Virus record (IMG/VR): IMGVR_UViG_3300025141_000042
Span: 36,292 to 100,291 of that record
DNA length: 64,000 nucleotides
Strand: one strand, 5' to 3'
Source: a virus
The notes below the pieces were generated by a model. It saw only the letters and a list, made by a program, of their open reading frames with translations. It did no database searches and had not been told where the DNA came from. A program made the position numbers and the translations under genes. Every line of letters starts with the position of its first letter. The stretch's first letter is position 1. Positions 46,339 to 57,069 of this stretch are shown here, one piece after another.

Positions 46339-46363
46339 TTACTCTTTTCCTCTTTTTTTCGGA

Positions 46364-46717
46364 TTACTTAAATGGCCATTTAAGACCTGTTGATCTCTCA
46401 AATTTAGCAACGGCAGAATTTAACATACTCTTGTTCTTGTAAGTGGTCGGGTTATCTAGACCGTTATTCTTCCAAGAGCGCATGTAATTCTTTTCCTTCG
46501 AAAGGACATTCGCAAAACTCTTTACCTGTGTCGGACTACCCTTGACGGATACTGGGATGGACACACCCCTAAACAAAGAAGGCATCAACCATCGCAGTGC
46601 CAAGTCAAATGTTGCCAACCATGATTCGTTGATCTGCCCATCGTCACCGGTCATCTTGGTAAAGTCAATGACTGTCGGTGCCAGGTCTTCCGATAATTCT
46701 TTGTTCTCTTCATTCAT
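46364..46717 (-). CDS. late hypothetical protein upstream of tape measure
   Basis: GGAGG SD; late motif at 46739-46746. Confidence 0.7.
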   Translation of the reverse strand: MNEENKELSEDLAPTVIDFTKMTGDDGQINESWLATFDLALRWLMPSLFRGVSIPVSVKGSPTQVKSFANVLSKEKNYMRSWKNNGLDNPTTYKNKSMLNSAVAKFERSTGLKWPFK

Positions 46718-46751
46718 AAGATATTCCTCCACACAAAATAAATAGTATCGC

Positions 46752-46782
46752 AAGAAAAAAGACACCTCCGAGTAGAGGTGCC
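46752..46782 (-). terminator. intrinsic terminator
   Basis: GGCACCTC-TACTCG-GAGGTGTC-TTTTTTCTT. Confidence 0.75.
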
Positions 46783-46786
46783 CCTA

Positions 46787-46939
46787 TTATGCGCTTCTTG
46801 CATCTGATTCGTCTTGCAATTGCTTTGCCAGTCGCTCAACAAACCAGTTCCTCAATTGTATCGGCAAATTGTATGCCTCTATGAAACTCCACCCACCATA
46901 ATATTTCAGCGCGAAGAATTGTTCATAGACGTCTTTCAT
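46787..46939 (-). CDS. tail assembly chaperone C-terminal part (gpT/gp51-like)
   Basis: FFALKYYGGWSFIEAYNLPIQLRNWF pattern; overlaps the upstream chaperone at a T7 run. Confidence 0.7.
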   Translation of the reverse strand: MKDVYEQFFALKYYGGWSFIEAYNLPIQLRNWFVERLAKQLQDESDARSA

Positions 46940-46943
46940 GTAA

Positions 46944-47828
46944 TCATTCGTCAGGCCAAAAAAAGTCCAGATTAATAGGAACCTCCAGATCCTGCTCGTG
47001 GTCACATGTATCGCAAACGAACTCTTGCGTTAGGTCAATGTTTGGTGTAATTTCAACCATCACCTTTCTAATAAATCTGGAGTCTTGTGCCGGCATGTTG
47101 TCGATAAAGTTTCCCAACTCTGATCTTTCTTCGACTCCATTAGCAGACACCACACACACTTTCAAATGTTCAGTGAGTGGTTTTTCAGACATCTTTTGTT
47201 TCTTTCTAGCTTCCAAACTGGCAGCAATTCTCGATTCCATCTCTCCGTTAACCAACCTTAGTTCAACATTGAGTTGGGACTTTGGCAGTCTGACGAGAAA
47301 TGTTCCCCTCTGTGTTTCTTCGACTGAAGATGCAACCTTCTCGGAAACAAAACCCAGATCTGGAAGACCAGGACTGGAAAACTCGTTCAGGTCGAACACA
47401 GTCTTTTGCGTGGTGTTGCATGCTGGGCATGTTACGGTTGTTTTGTATTCTTCACCGTATCCACTAATACGTGCTGCCATGAAAATTGCATTCTTGTCAC
47501 CCAAGAGGAGATGCTGTGGATCGATATGACTATCGATAATGATGCTTTGTAGCAATCTTTCCAAAACAACCCCCTTCCTTATGAGAGACTGCGAAGATAG
47601 GATATCTTCTTCTTTTGCGGTCATCTCCCGGATTTCGAGAGTCTTTTTGTTGTGAAGTGGGTGACCTTCGGGATAAAATTTGCCTTCCGATGGAAGATCG
47701 ACTAATTGTGTGGGTGACACAAACTGCAACCCTCCACCATCACCAGGCGGAGTAATGGGCGGATCCGTATTTGCCTTCGCACCCGACGAAGGTATACCGA
47801 GACGCTCCTCGTTATTTCTTTTTACCAT
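46944..47828 (-). CDS. tail/baseplate assembly chaperone (T4 gp26-like)
   Basis: LPSEG.FY, MTAKEEDIL, AARISGYG, CPAC, CDTC, ends DFFWP. Confidence 0.8.
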   Translation of the reverse strand: MVKRNNEERLGIPSSGAKANTDPPITPPGDGGGLQFVSPTQLVDLPSEGKFYPEGHPLHNKKTLEIREMTAKEEDILSSQSLIRKGVVLERLLQSIIIDSHIDPQHLLLGDKNAIFMAARISGYGEEYKTTVTCPACNTTQKTVFDLNEFSSPGLPDLGFVSEKVASSVEETQRGTFLVRLPKSQLNVELRLVNGEMESRIAASLEARKKQKMSEKPLTEHLKVCVVSANGVEERSELGNFIDNMPAQDSRFIRKVMVEITPNIDLTQEFVCDTCDHEQDLEVPINLDFFWPDE

Positions 47829-47904
47829 TAATACCTCGCTAGAAAATTCCTATAGACAGATCATAGCATATCTGCCTAGGAATTTAAAGCTTTTTTTCTA
47901 TAAA

Positions 47905-48480
47905 CTAAGAATTTCTCTCGCTAGGGTTGGTGCCTAAATCGGGATAAAATGTTTGTAGTTTAAAATAATCAAAACGCAGTTCCATGCTAATCTCAACAAG
48001 ATCTTCATTTTCATAACTCAGGTCGCCGCCGAAATCAACAGACTTAATCCAAGCATTCTCAAGTTCAATCTTCTCAATCAGTTGACCATCGCCATTCATT
48101 TGAGAAATGTTGCAACCGATGAGTGCTCCGACGCCTTTTCGCTTGCTGATCGTCGATACGTCTGGATTGACATTGGTATTCAGAATCGTGTCGGGCAATC
48201 TATATCCAGAAACTTGAAGGAGATCGTATAGTGCTTGCGATGCGTGTGGATTAGCAGGATCAACCATCGTAATGGTGATCGGTTCGTAAGTTACGCCGCC
48301 AGGGTAGTAAAATGTATGGTTAATGAACTTGTGCTCTGTTTCGCCAACCGTGATCTTTGGTTTGGCAACTGCCTTACAAATATAGGAAATATATCCCGAA
48401 ACCTCTGGTGCATTTATATTCACTATCCAGCGATGTTGTCTCTTTGGATCCGCAACCTGTGTATCACTCCAAAATGCCAT
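47905..48480 (-). CDS. tail tube protein (gp19-like)
   Basis: DPKRQHRW...PITITMVD...AWIKSVDFG.LSYE..DLVEI...LRFD; follows sheath. Confidence 0.9.
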   Translation of the reverse strand: MAFWSDTQVADPKRQHRWIVNINAPEVSGYISYICKAVAKPKITVGETEHKFINHTFYYPGGVTYEPITITMVDPANPHASQALYDLLQVSGYRLPDTILNTNVNPDVSTISKRKGVGALIGCNISQMNGDGQLIEKIELENAWIKSVDFGGDLSYENEDLVEISMELRFDYFKLQTFYPDLGTNPSERNS

Positions 48481-48536
48481 TGTTTAAGTTCTCCTTCATT
48501 GCTTTAGTTATGTATAAGTAGTTTTACCTATGTTTT

Positions 48537-51335
48537 TTAGTCATCAAAAGATGCGCCAGATCTGGTCACAATAAAGTCTAGAGCAATGAACTCAAGTGCT
48601 TTAGCTGGTTTCAGATAAATCTTGGCATACATAATGTTTCTGTCTACCAAATCAGGGGTTGTTGTCGTGTCATCAAGGACAACTCTATAGTCTGTCAATC
48701 CTAGTCGTGATTTAACACTTCCCAGGAAGGGATTGACTTGTCCTAGAAATCGATTCCAGGTTGATTGAACATTTTGGTCGAAGAGAAGTCTAGACGCAAT
48801 TCGAGAAATTTCTCGCTTAACGTAAATCAACATTCTTCGTACATTAATTCTGTCCAGTGCAGAACCAGTCACTTGTAATGTCTTCTGTCCGAAAATAACA
48901 ATACCTTCTGCTGGGAATTGAGCAATCGGATTAACATTTGCGGTATAGAGGTCGTCTCTATTCTCCGAGGTCAGTCGTTGGCGAACATTCGTCACAGGAA
49001 TCCCTGCGCTACCTTCTGACAAACCGCCGCGAGTGAAACCAGCAGGAGCAAACCAGAGTTCGCTCTTGGCCTCGCTAGATGCGAATGTTCCGAGTGCCAC
49101 AACACTAGGTGGTACCCATAGAGAACCGCCGGTTGTCACTGTATCATTCACCTGTACCCAGGGATAATACGAGCACCCATAACTATTGTTGATATTTCGT
49201 TGGTTTAATTGACTAATCGTATCGGAAACAGAACCAATGCGACCGGATGCACTTCCCGAGCTTTCCGTATCGGGTTGATACCCGCCGGGAATGTCAATGA
49301 CTGCTAGGGTGTCACCACGGCTCTGTGCGACTTCCAAAAGTTTGTTAGTAATGTTAACATTTGTAACTCCTGGGATTGACATAATATTACATTCAACAAC
49401 ATCCGGATCTGAAACTGCGTTAATTGCTCGCTCCAAAGAGGCATAAGCATAGTTGCTTGCCCCATCGCCGCCGCGAAGAAGTCGGTTTGCAAAAGGTTCT
49501 CGTTCGAGGATATTCAAACCCTCAAAACCGCCATTCATCATCGTAGTAAACTTGTTGAACCCAGCAGAAAGGACTGCTTCGTAATCCGATTGTGCGGTCA
49601 ACGAAGACCCGCTGGCGCGGTTGTCGCTGGCATAGTGCCCCACGGCGGTCGTGTTCGAACCAGAGACATCATCGAGGGAAAAGACCCAGGAATATTCTAG
49701 CGAACCAGTTGGGTTCAGGTTATCTAGGTTGCCGGGTTTACGGCGAACGTAGTCGGGGATATCTCGCTGGGGGTCACTGCTATTAGCAACATTCGTCACA
49801 ACACCGAAATAGGTATCCGTTTGGTTGGTCAGGGTAGCATCATTACTGTTTGTGCGCAGAGGAAGTTCTGGGAACTCGAAAGAGCAAGTAAGTGCTAGAC
49901 TACCAACGTCTGCGAAGTTACTTCCACCCAGAGAGTCTGGCGTGTCGTTCGTGACGTATGTCTCGGGGGGAGTGCTAGAACCGCTAGCGACTTGAAATGA
50001 TTTAAACCGGGTTGGACCATAAACGCCGAATGGTAGGAATTTTGGATCTGAGGCGCCGGCCTGGACCGAAGAGTCTAGGACAACTCTAACATACCTTGAT
50101 TGATTTACATAATCTCCGTATGTTTGATATCGTTTGTCTGTATCGTTCCACTCTCTGTAGGAATCGCCAATCCTTCGGGCAATAAAGTCAGGAGAGTTTG
50201 GATTCAGACTCACATCAGCAAAAGACTCGACGGGCGATACTCGCGCATCGGAGTCGTTAATATTCCTGATTTCTACGGTGAAAGTACCGTATGGTTTGTA
50301 TTCGTTCGGGGATGCCTTAATGTTGGAAATCGAAATTTTAAGATTCGATTGTGTCCACTCGCCACCTGAAAGTGCTTCAAGTTTAAAGAGTTTCTGCATG
50401 TTCGTGGGATTATACGATGCTGCTGCTCCAAGATCTTGAGAAAAGAACCATCCGGTGGATGCATTGCTAAGTTCCATGTCTTGGTGGTTTTGATGAGCAG
50501 TCGTAGTGCCAACAGTACCCTTGAGTCCAAGAATGATGCCCATCGAAGAACTGTTGGCATTAAGTTTGTCAGAGATGTTTCTGTCAAAAGTCTCGCCTAA
50601 GAAGTAGGTTCTCGCATTCCCGCCAGCAAAGTCGTTGACCAATGTTGGGTTCGTATTAAAGACGTTCCTAATATACAACTTATCATTATCGTTGAAGTTG
50701 AATACAACTTTGTCGGTTACGCTGCCAGCAGAGTTCTTAACCTGCGCAGTATATTGATGAGGGGTGCCAGAGGACAGGAAAAGACCTGCTGTGCCGCTAG
50801 TGGCAGTGGTATTGTCGGCCAAGTTGCCACTCAATTCTACAACACCTTCCGAGCAATAAAAAATTGCTGCCAAAGAACCAGTGCGGAGCGTTGTCAGGGC
50901 TGAACCTGATTCAACAAGGAAAAGACCAAACGCGCCGCCGGCGGCAGAAGAGGTACCTGGGGTGCCGGTGCCCGTTTGCCATCCTGCTTCGCCTTCCGAA
51001 GATGCGTTTGTGTCTTCGATACCCGCGAGTCGCACAATTGTTGCTGGACTTCGGTTTCGTAAGTATGCCTGTGCTGCGTAAGTGCCGTATGCTGGAGCAG
51101 AGACATTAGGTCCGCTGCGCCATACGTCGCTGGTACCAGCACCGAAAATTGGATTTCCAAAGGTTTCTACAAAATCAGAAAACGAGTTAACCTGGACCGG
51201 CATCATAGCCGGGCCCTTTTCCGTCCTAGTAATGATAACTGGACCTGCGTCTCTTGGGAGTGCTGGTAGTTGCGAGTTATCAATTTCGTCTACGAAGACT
51301 CCGGGGGATACAAATTTAAACTTTCTTGCCGCCAT
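48537..51335 (-). CDS. tail sheath protein (gp18-like)
   Basis: FVSPGVF..EID, YYPWV, WFAPAG..RG, GQKTLQ, LDRINVRR, P.KA.EFI. Confidence 0.96.
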   Translation of the reverse strand: MAARKFKFVSPGVFVDEIDNSQLPALPRDAGPVIITRTEKGPAMMPVQVNSFSDFVETFGNPIFGAGTSDVWRSGPNVSAPAYGTYAAQAYLRNRSPATIVRLAGIEDTNASSEGEAGWQTGTGTPGTSSAAGGAFGLFLVESGSALTTLRTGSLAAIFYCSEGVVELSGNLADNTTATSGTAGLFLSSGTPHQYTAQVKNSAGSVTDKVVFNFNDNDKLYIRNVFNTNPTLVNDFAGGNARTYFLGETFDRNISDKLNANSSSMGIILGLKGTVGTTTAHQNHQDMELSNASTGWFFSQDLGAAASYNPTNMQKLFKLEALSGGEWTQSNLKISISNIKASPNEYKPYGTFTVEIRNINDSDARVSPVESFADVSLNPNSPDFIARRIGDSYREWNDTDKRYQTYGDYVNQSRYVRVVLDSSVQAGASDPKFLPFGVYGPTRFKSFQVASGSSTPPETYVTNDTPDSLGGSNFADVGSLALTCSFEFPELPLRTNSNDATLTNQTDTYFGVVTNVANSSDPQRDIPDYVRRKPGNLDNLNPTGSLEYSWVFSLDDVSGSNTTAVGHYASDNRASGSSLTAQSDYEAVLSAGFNKFTTMMNGGFEGLNILEREPFANRLLRGGDGASNYAYASLERAINAVSDPDVVECNIMSIPGVTNVNITNKLLEVAQSRGDTLAVIDIPGGYQPDTESSGSASGRIGSVSDTISQLNQRNINNSYGCSYYPWVQVNDTVTTGGSLWVPPSVVALGTFASSEAKSELWFAPAGFTRGGLSEGSAGIPVTNVRQRLTSENRDDLYTANVNPIAQFPAEGIVIFGQKTLQVTGSALDRINVRRMLIYVKREISRIASRLLFDQNVQSTWNRFLGQVNPFLGSVKSRLGLTDYRVVLDDTTTTPDLVDRNIMYAKIYLKPAKALEFIALDFIVTRSGASFDD

Positions 51336-51449
51336 GGTTTCTTGTTCTCCTCTCTATGCGATTATAAATTATAAAAAAATACGTCTGAGCACTTCCTGGT
51401 GCTTCTTTTCCTAATCTAAATAGTTTTTAAAATTTCTAAATGCTATTTT

Positions 51450-52292
51450 TTATTCTCGGTACTTGCCCCAATTGTCTGGGTGTGTCGGGTCATCCTGCAT
51501 GACGACTCTCTCGCGAGGTTGCTTGAACTTGACCGCGTTTTCTCTTTCGACGATTCGCGGCTTCTCTTGGTTATTACCAGAGCCAATAAGTTTCCCCAAT
51601 ACCTTCAGTTCAACTGATGTCTGGTATATCCTTTCCTCTATGTCCAAGTTTGATGTATTGTTTTCTTGGTTGTAAGATGGTTCCATGAATGCCTCGTAAC
51701 GGTGACCATCTTGCTTCAGAATGAAACTGTTAATTCCGCCGGTGGCGACCATGAATGGTTGACTCATTTCATTTACCTGTTGCTGATATTCTCCCCTCAG
51801 CATAATCTTATACATCGTCTTGATATATGTTGGCATTGGGATTGATTTATGGGTATAAACAATTTTCTCGTTTTTCGGTTCCACTTTGAAATTTATCTGG
51901 CCGTAGGTGCGCTTTGCATCTGCATTCTGGAAATTCTTTGTCTTATCTTGGTTCACGACTTTTGTGAGGGGGATGGAACCGCCCCTATAATCGCTATTCG
52001 GGAAAATGTTTGCTTGCAAGGCACCCTTGAAAGAGAGGTCTTTTTCGACAGCTGTCCTCTCGACAGTAATAATGGGAAAAATTAGAGCACGTGCTTTGTC
52101 GCGAAGTGCCTTGTTTGATTTGGATTGGTGCGCACGTTCGGCACTGACCCAGATAACGGGCACTTTTACCCATCCGCGATTTGTGTTCGAGAATATGTTA
52201 ATTTCCTCATTTACCCAGTTATAGACGGCTGTATCGATAGTCTCCAGATTAGATGGTTCTATTATAGTAACTTTCTCTTTCTTTTCAGACAT
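51450..52292 (-). CDS. tail terminator / sheath-stabiliser (gp15-like)
   Basis: VPVIW...ER, PIITVER, P.Y....Y; lies just upstream of sheath. Confidence 0.65.
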   Translation of the reverse strand: MSEKKEKVTIIEPSNLETIDTAVYNWVNEEINIFSNTNRGWVKVPVIWVSAERAHQSKSNKALRDKARALIFPIITVERTAVEKDLSFKGALQANIFPNSDYRGGSIPLTKVVNQDKTKNFQNADAKRTYGQINFKVEPKNEKIVYTHKSIPMPTYIKTMYKIMLRGEYQQQVNEMSQPFMVATGGINSFILKQDGHRYEAFMEPSYNQENNTSNLDIEERIYQTSVELKVLGKLIGSGNNQEKPRIVERENAVKFKQPRERVVMQDDPTHPDNWGKYRE

Positions 52293-52309
52293 GCCTCAAC
52301 TCCGCTCTA

Positions 52310-54376
52310 TCAGGTTTGGAAATAAAATGGTGATGGATGCCACACTCCATTTTCATTAAAATAAAATTTGTTATTTTGGGCGAAGGTGCCACTGAGGGCC
52401 GGTGTGCTGCCAGAAATAATATATACAGCATATCCGTTATAGGAACCGCTGTTGTCGTGGAGTTCTTGTGCTATCGAATCAATGGCGCCCAGGGATGAAC
52501 TGACCTCTTGAACTCTCGGAAATCCCAAGAACCCCCTAAGATAGTTTGTGCCGCCGGAGGAAGTGAGATTCAAGTGACCGGACTTAATTGTCAGAGATCC
52601 TGTGATGCTGGCATTGCCAGTGTGCGAACCATCCCATTCTGCCGTCACGCCGGTAATGCCGGATCCGTCTCCGTAGAAGTTGGATGCGCTTACGATTGAA
52701 CCAGTTATATTCGTTGACTGAACGAGAGTGCCTGTTAGATCGCCGGTTATGTCCCCAATTACATCACCTAGGACACTCCCAGTCACACTAGTTGCCTCGA
52801 CACTCGAACCAGAAACAACCTGGGTCACATAGAGCGAACCGGTGATGTTTGCATTGCCAACGTGAGATCCGTCCCATTCTGCCGTCACTCCGGTGATGCC
52901 GGATCCGTCTCCGTAGAAGTTGGATGCACTTACGATTGAACCTGTAACATTTGTTGCCTGGACTAATGTACCAGTTACATCGCCAGTTACATCGCCAAGG
53001 ACGCTGCCTGTTAGATCACCAGTTACGTCGCCGGTTATGTTGCCAAGGACGCTGCCTGTTAGATCACCAGTTACATCGCCGGTTACATCGCCGGTTACGT
53101 CGCCAAGGACGCTGCCTGTTATAGTTGTTGCCTCGATACTTGAACCAGAGACAACTTGAGTCACATAGAGCGAACCGGTGATGGATGCATTGCCAACGTG
53201 AGATCCATCCCACTCTGCCGTCACGCCGGTGATGCCAGATCCGTCTCCGTAGAAATTAGATGCGCTTACGATTGAACCGGTTATGTTTGTTGCCTGCACT
53301 AGTGTGCCTGTTAGATCGCCGGTTACATCGCCGGTTACATCGCCGGTTACGTCGCCAAGGACGCTGCCTGTTAGATCGCCAGTTACATCGCCGGTTACGT
53401 TGCCAAGAACACTTCCAGTCACACTAGCTGCTTCAACGCTCGAACCAGAGACAACTTGAGTCACATAGAGCGAACCGGTGATGGATGCATTGCCAACGTG
53501 AGATCCATCCCACTCTGCCGTCACGCCGGTGATGTTAGAACCATCTCCATAAAAGTTGGATGCGCTCACAATTGAACCGGTTATGTTTGTTGCTTCAACA
53601 TTTGAACCAGTTATTGTTGAACCGGAAATTGTCTGGGTCACATAGAGCGAACCGGTGATGTTTGCATTGCCAACATGAGATCCATCCCATTCGGCCGTCA
53701 CGCCGGTGATGTTAGAACCATCTCCATAAAAGTTGGATGCGCTTACCACCGAACCCGTGATGGTTGCTGCTTCGATGCTCGAACCAGTTATTGTTGAACC
53801 GGAAATTGTCTGGGTCACATAAAAAGAACCGGTTATGCTAGCACTGCCATCGCGGGAGCCGTCCCACTCTGCGGAAATAATGCCTGAGTCGCCAACACTT
53901 TGCGATAGCACAACGCCGATATATTGGTATGCCGTTACCTTAAACGGAGTGCTATACCCCTGTGCTGTGACCTGAGATGAGTCGCCGATGTTCAAGATGC
54001 CTGTCTGATAATCAAAAAGCCAGTCTATGTCATCAGTCTTGTAGATTCTTGTGTCATCATCGTCGTAGAGTTCGACTTCATAATCTGAACCGTATTTGTC
54101 GCTTATGAAGTTCCTCTGTGTGACACCGCCGGAAACAAAAGTGTAACAGTCCGTTGGGTAAGTTGCATCCGCAGTGAGAGAGAAACTAGTATAAAGTTTA
54201 GCAAGACCATCGGTGACTGCCTGGGACGGATCGGAGTCCACAGTCTGTGTCCAAACCTCCCTAGCATGCATGTTGATGGTGTCAGTCCCGATCTCTTGAT
54301 AAAACTTTCGCGAAGGAGAAGTGAACTCCTTGTTAATCAGGGCTTTAAAATTCTTATCTTCTTTGTCTAGTGCCAT
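52310..54376 (-). CDS. repeat-rich fibre-like virion protein
   Basis: Six AEWDGS..G.A.ITGS modules, GDVT/GDLT tetrapeptide runs, shared C-terminal module. Confidence 0.75.
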   Translation of the reverse strand: MALDKEDKNFKALINKEFTSPSRKFYQEIGTDTINMHAREVWTQTVDSDPSQAVTDGLAKLYTSFSLTADATYPTDCYTFVSGGVTQRNFISDKYGSDYEVELYDDDDTRIYKTDDIDWLFDYQTGILNIGDSSQVTAQGYSTPFKVTAYQYIGVVLSQSVGDSGIISAEWDGSRDGSASITGSFYVTQTISGSTITGSSIEAATITGSVVSASNFYGDGSNITGVTAEWDGSHVGNANITGSLYVTQTISGSTITGSNVEATNITGSIVSASNFYGDGSNITGVTAEWDGSHVGNASITGSLYVTQVVSGSSVEAASVTGSVLGNVTGDVTGDLTGSVLGDVTGDVTGDVTGDLTGTLVQATNITGSIVSASNFYGDGSGITGVTAEWDGSHVGNASITGSLYVTQVVSGSSIEATTITGSVLGDVTGDVTGDVTGDLTGSVLGNITGDVTGDLTGSVLGDVTGDVTGTLVQATNVTGSIVSASNFYGDGSGITGVTAEWDGSHVGNANITGSLYVTQVVSGSSVEATSVTGSVLGDVIGDITGDLTGTLVQSTNITGSIVSASNFYGDGSGITGVTAEWDGSHTGNASITGSLTIKSGHLNLTSSGGTNYLRGFLGFPRVQEVSSSLGAIDSIAQELHDNSGSYNGYAVYIISGSTPALSGTFAQNNKFYFNENGVWHPSPFYFQT

Positions 54377-54396
54377 TCCTCATGTTTCCTCATCTA

Positions 54397-56235
54397 TTAA
54401 GTTGAAAATGTTGTAGTTACTTGACTGAGAGAGTCTCCACTGGTAGTGTTTCTGAATCTCACCCACAAAACAATGTGCTCGGAGGCAGTATTTATGCCGG
54501 CAGGCAATGCCCATGTGTAAGTGTCGGACGATACATTCTCCTGTACACCAATGAAAGTTCCGCTATCGTTACCCACTTCGCGACCTAGATCGTAGATGGT
54601 AGATGCCGACTCTGTTCCAGTGACGTCTGATGCCAAAATAATTGCAACTTGAAGTTTGCCTGTGCTATCCCACTGACTGATTCCGCCGGAAAACCCATTC
54701 TTGCTGAGAACAACGGTACCGAGTTGGCGATTAGTAGTTCCTGGGTTGCACTCGCGGAAATAGTTTGAATATGTAGTGGAGGCAGAGGTGGAACCGGAAT
54801 CGTGACTTGCATAGTCGCCAAACTTGCCGGCAATTAACCTGCCATTTTGGACTTGTAATTCACCGTCGCTCAATGCTGAACCGGAAGCGAATACTGAACC
54901 GGATGATTCTAAATCTGTCATACGCTGTGCTTCGTCGAGAAAATACTCAATTTGACTATTGCTATCTTGACCCGATTGTGCCGATGCATAGGAGTTTATT
55001 CTCTTGTCGCCTAAAGTGACCCCAGATGTTACAGCAGACTTATTTGGTTTACTTAGGGATACGGTTGCGGATGCTAGCGATTGTGCGGAACTCTCGTTCG
55101 GACTCACGCTTACCTCCAGATCCCCTTCAAGGGACGCTGAGAGCGTATCTGTGTGAGATGGGTTAGTTCTGTTAACCGTAGCTGTGTTTGTATACAAGGA
55201 AGTAACAGATGCCTGGTTGCCTGTCGTGTACACCGGGTTGTAAAGATCTTCTGCATCAAAATCGATCTGGAATGTTGCCTCTTTGTAGTGTGAAATCCCA
55301 CTCAAATAACTGTATGTAACAGATGACGATTGCAGTAGCGATGGAGCAACGAGAAAACTAGGTGATGGGAAAGCAGTATTGTCGCCGGCATAGAAGAGTT
55401 GGTATTCGCCCGTCTCGCCGGCACCGTCTGTGGCATTTATTTTGTAGCGAACAGAACCGGTCTGTGAAATTGTATCCGATATTCTTGCATTTGCTTTTGC
55501 CCAGAATGTATTGTATTCGTCCAGATCGTTCAGGTTGATAATCCCTGTAGTTCCAGTACCATCAACGTATGCCCTAGAACTGGCGGCAGTGATGTCGTCA
55601 GAACCGTAAGCACGGGAACCGGTCACACTCCCTTCGAGGGTGCCGCCATCTAGATCGCTCTTCTTGCCGGCACGGAACCGCGTACTAGTGTCTGCGGTTG
55701 CTAGCGTCACGGTTGTGGCAGCGGTGATGGCCTCGGTATCGTGGGCAGAAGCAGAAACATACCATAGGTTGCTCTCCAAACCGGCGGCAATCTTTGCGGT
55801 AAAGGTCGAGGGACTGGTTTTTGTTAAGGTCGTGGAAGTAAGTAGACCTGCTTTTGCTGGTGCTAAGTCTAGAAATGCTTCGCTGATATCGTCGATTGCG
55901 TCAGAGATCAGGGTGCCAGAAGTAAAGGTATCAAAAAAACCATCTGCGTATGAAGCATCTGTCGGAGTACCAATCCCTATTTCATCGCCAGTCTGCGAAA
56001 TATCGCCTGGGGCCCAGTTGCTGCCGTCATATTTCAAGACCTGATCTGACGAAGGGGAATCCGTGCTGGAACTTACGTCTGCCATAGCTGAGAGGCCCGA
56101 TGTGGCAAACTCCACATTGCCAGACATTTGCACCAGCGCGCTGCCTGAACCTATTGTGGCGGTACCGTCATCAACAAATTCATGAACTACCTCGGTGCCA
56201 CTGCCTGAAAATACTGCTATACCTCTTCCTGTCAT
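54397..56235 (-). CDS. virion structural protein (Ser/Thr/Gly-rich)
   Basis: DQVLKYDGSNWAP and IGTPTD..Y.DGFF motifs; located in the neck cluster. Confidence 0.65.
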   Translation of the reverse strand: MTGRGIAVFSGSGTEVVHEFVDDGTATIGSGSALVQMSGNVEFATSGLSAMADVSSSTDSPSSDQVLKYDGSNWAPGDISQTGDEIGIGTPTDASYADGFFDTFTSGTLISDAIDDISEAFLDLAPAKAGLLTSTTLTKTSPSTFTAKIAAGLESNLWYVSASAHDTEAITAATTVTLATADTSTRFRAGKKSDLDGGTLEGSVTGSRAYGSDDITAASSRAYVDGTGTTGIINLNDLDEYNTFWAKANARISDTISQTGSVRYKINATDGAGETGEYQLFYAGDNTAFPSPSFLVAPSLLQSSSVTYSYLSGISHYKEATFQIDFDAEDLYNPVYTTGNQASVTSLYTNTATVNRTNPSHTDTLSASLEGDLEVSVSPNESSAQSLASATVSLSKPNKSAVTSGVTLGDKRINSYASAQSGQDSNSQIEYFLDEAQRMTDLESSGSVFASGSALSDGELQVQNGRLIAGKFGDYASHDSGSTSASTTYSNYFRECNPGTTNRQLGTVVLSKNGFSGGISQWDSTGKLQVAIILASDVTGTESASTIYDLGREVGNDSGTFIGVQENVSSDTYTWALPAGINTASEHIVLWVRFRNTTSGDSLSQVTTTFST

Positions 56236-56241
56236 TGTTGT

Positions 56242-57054
56242 TTAGCTCCTCTTGTAGAATGGACTTGGATACCATACTCCGTTTTCGCAAAAATACCATT
56301 TGTTGGCGATCTTAAATTCGCCAACAGGGGTGGCACCCGTCTCTGTTAAGTAGAATTGATATCCGTTATAATCCCCTGCGTTATCGGCAAAAGTTTCTAG
56401 GGTGCTGTGGTCTAATGAACTCGGATCGAGACCAGACAAAGTTGGTACACAATAGTTGCAGGAACTTGTTGGTAAAGAACCGGATCCGGATCCTGAAATG
56501 ATATTATTAATGTACACTTCTTGAGCAATCTGATATTTTTCTATAGAAACGGTTGGCAATGCCGTCTGTTCGAAAACACCATCGCGAGCACGGATGCATT
56601 TTGCGGCAATCTCCATCTTGTGACTAGTTTGCCCGAACAGTTCTCTGGGTTGGCCAAGGGAAACTATTTCGTAAAATAAATTGCCGTATAATACAAAGTC
56701 TCCCTCTTGGACTTGTACATTCTGATCTTCTGTTAATCTTCTTTTGTGAAAGTTGACAGTAATACTTGATTTTCGATCAATTCCGTAACCATCTGTATTC
56801 GTGGTCTCGGCGCCTTCCCATGTTATTAGGGCATTTATCCTAATGGGGGGGAGAAAACTTTTATTTATTGCCTCGCCATACAGATGGTGATAGTTCGTAT
56901 GCTCAATGCTTACGGGATAATAGAAGATCCCTTGCCCGATGACGCGCTCAATGAGTTCATCGTTGACTTGTTTTACAAGATCTCGTTCTTTTTCCCCCAA
57001 GAACATCGGAGGAGGAGGATTAGCCGGTTGCTTCCAAGTGATATCGTCTGCCAT
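56242..57054 (-). CDS. neck protein (gp14-like) with C-terminal extension
   Basis: ELIERVIGQ..FYY...LYGE...KSF..P...EGDFV...FYEI; about 100 extra aa after the core. Confidence 0.8.
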   Translation of the reverse strand: MADDITWKQPANPPPPMFLGEKERDLVKQVNDELIERVIGQGIFYYPVSIEHTNYHHLYGEAINKSFLPPIRINALITWEGAETTNTDGYGIDRKSSITVNFHKRRLTEDQNVQVQEGDFVLYGNLFYEIVSLGQPRELFGQTSHKMEIAAKCIRARDGVFEQTALPTVSIEKYQIAQEVYINNIISGSGSGSLPTSSCNYCVPTLSGLDPSSLDHSTLETFADNAGDYNGYQFYLTETGATPVGEFKIANKWYFCENGVWYPSPFYKRS

Positions 57055-57069
57055 CAGTCACAGTGTCTC

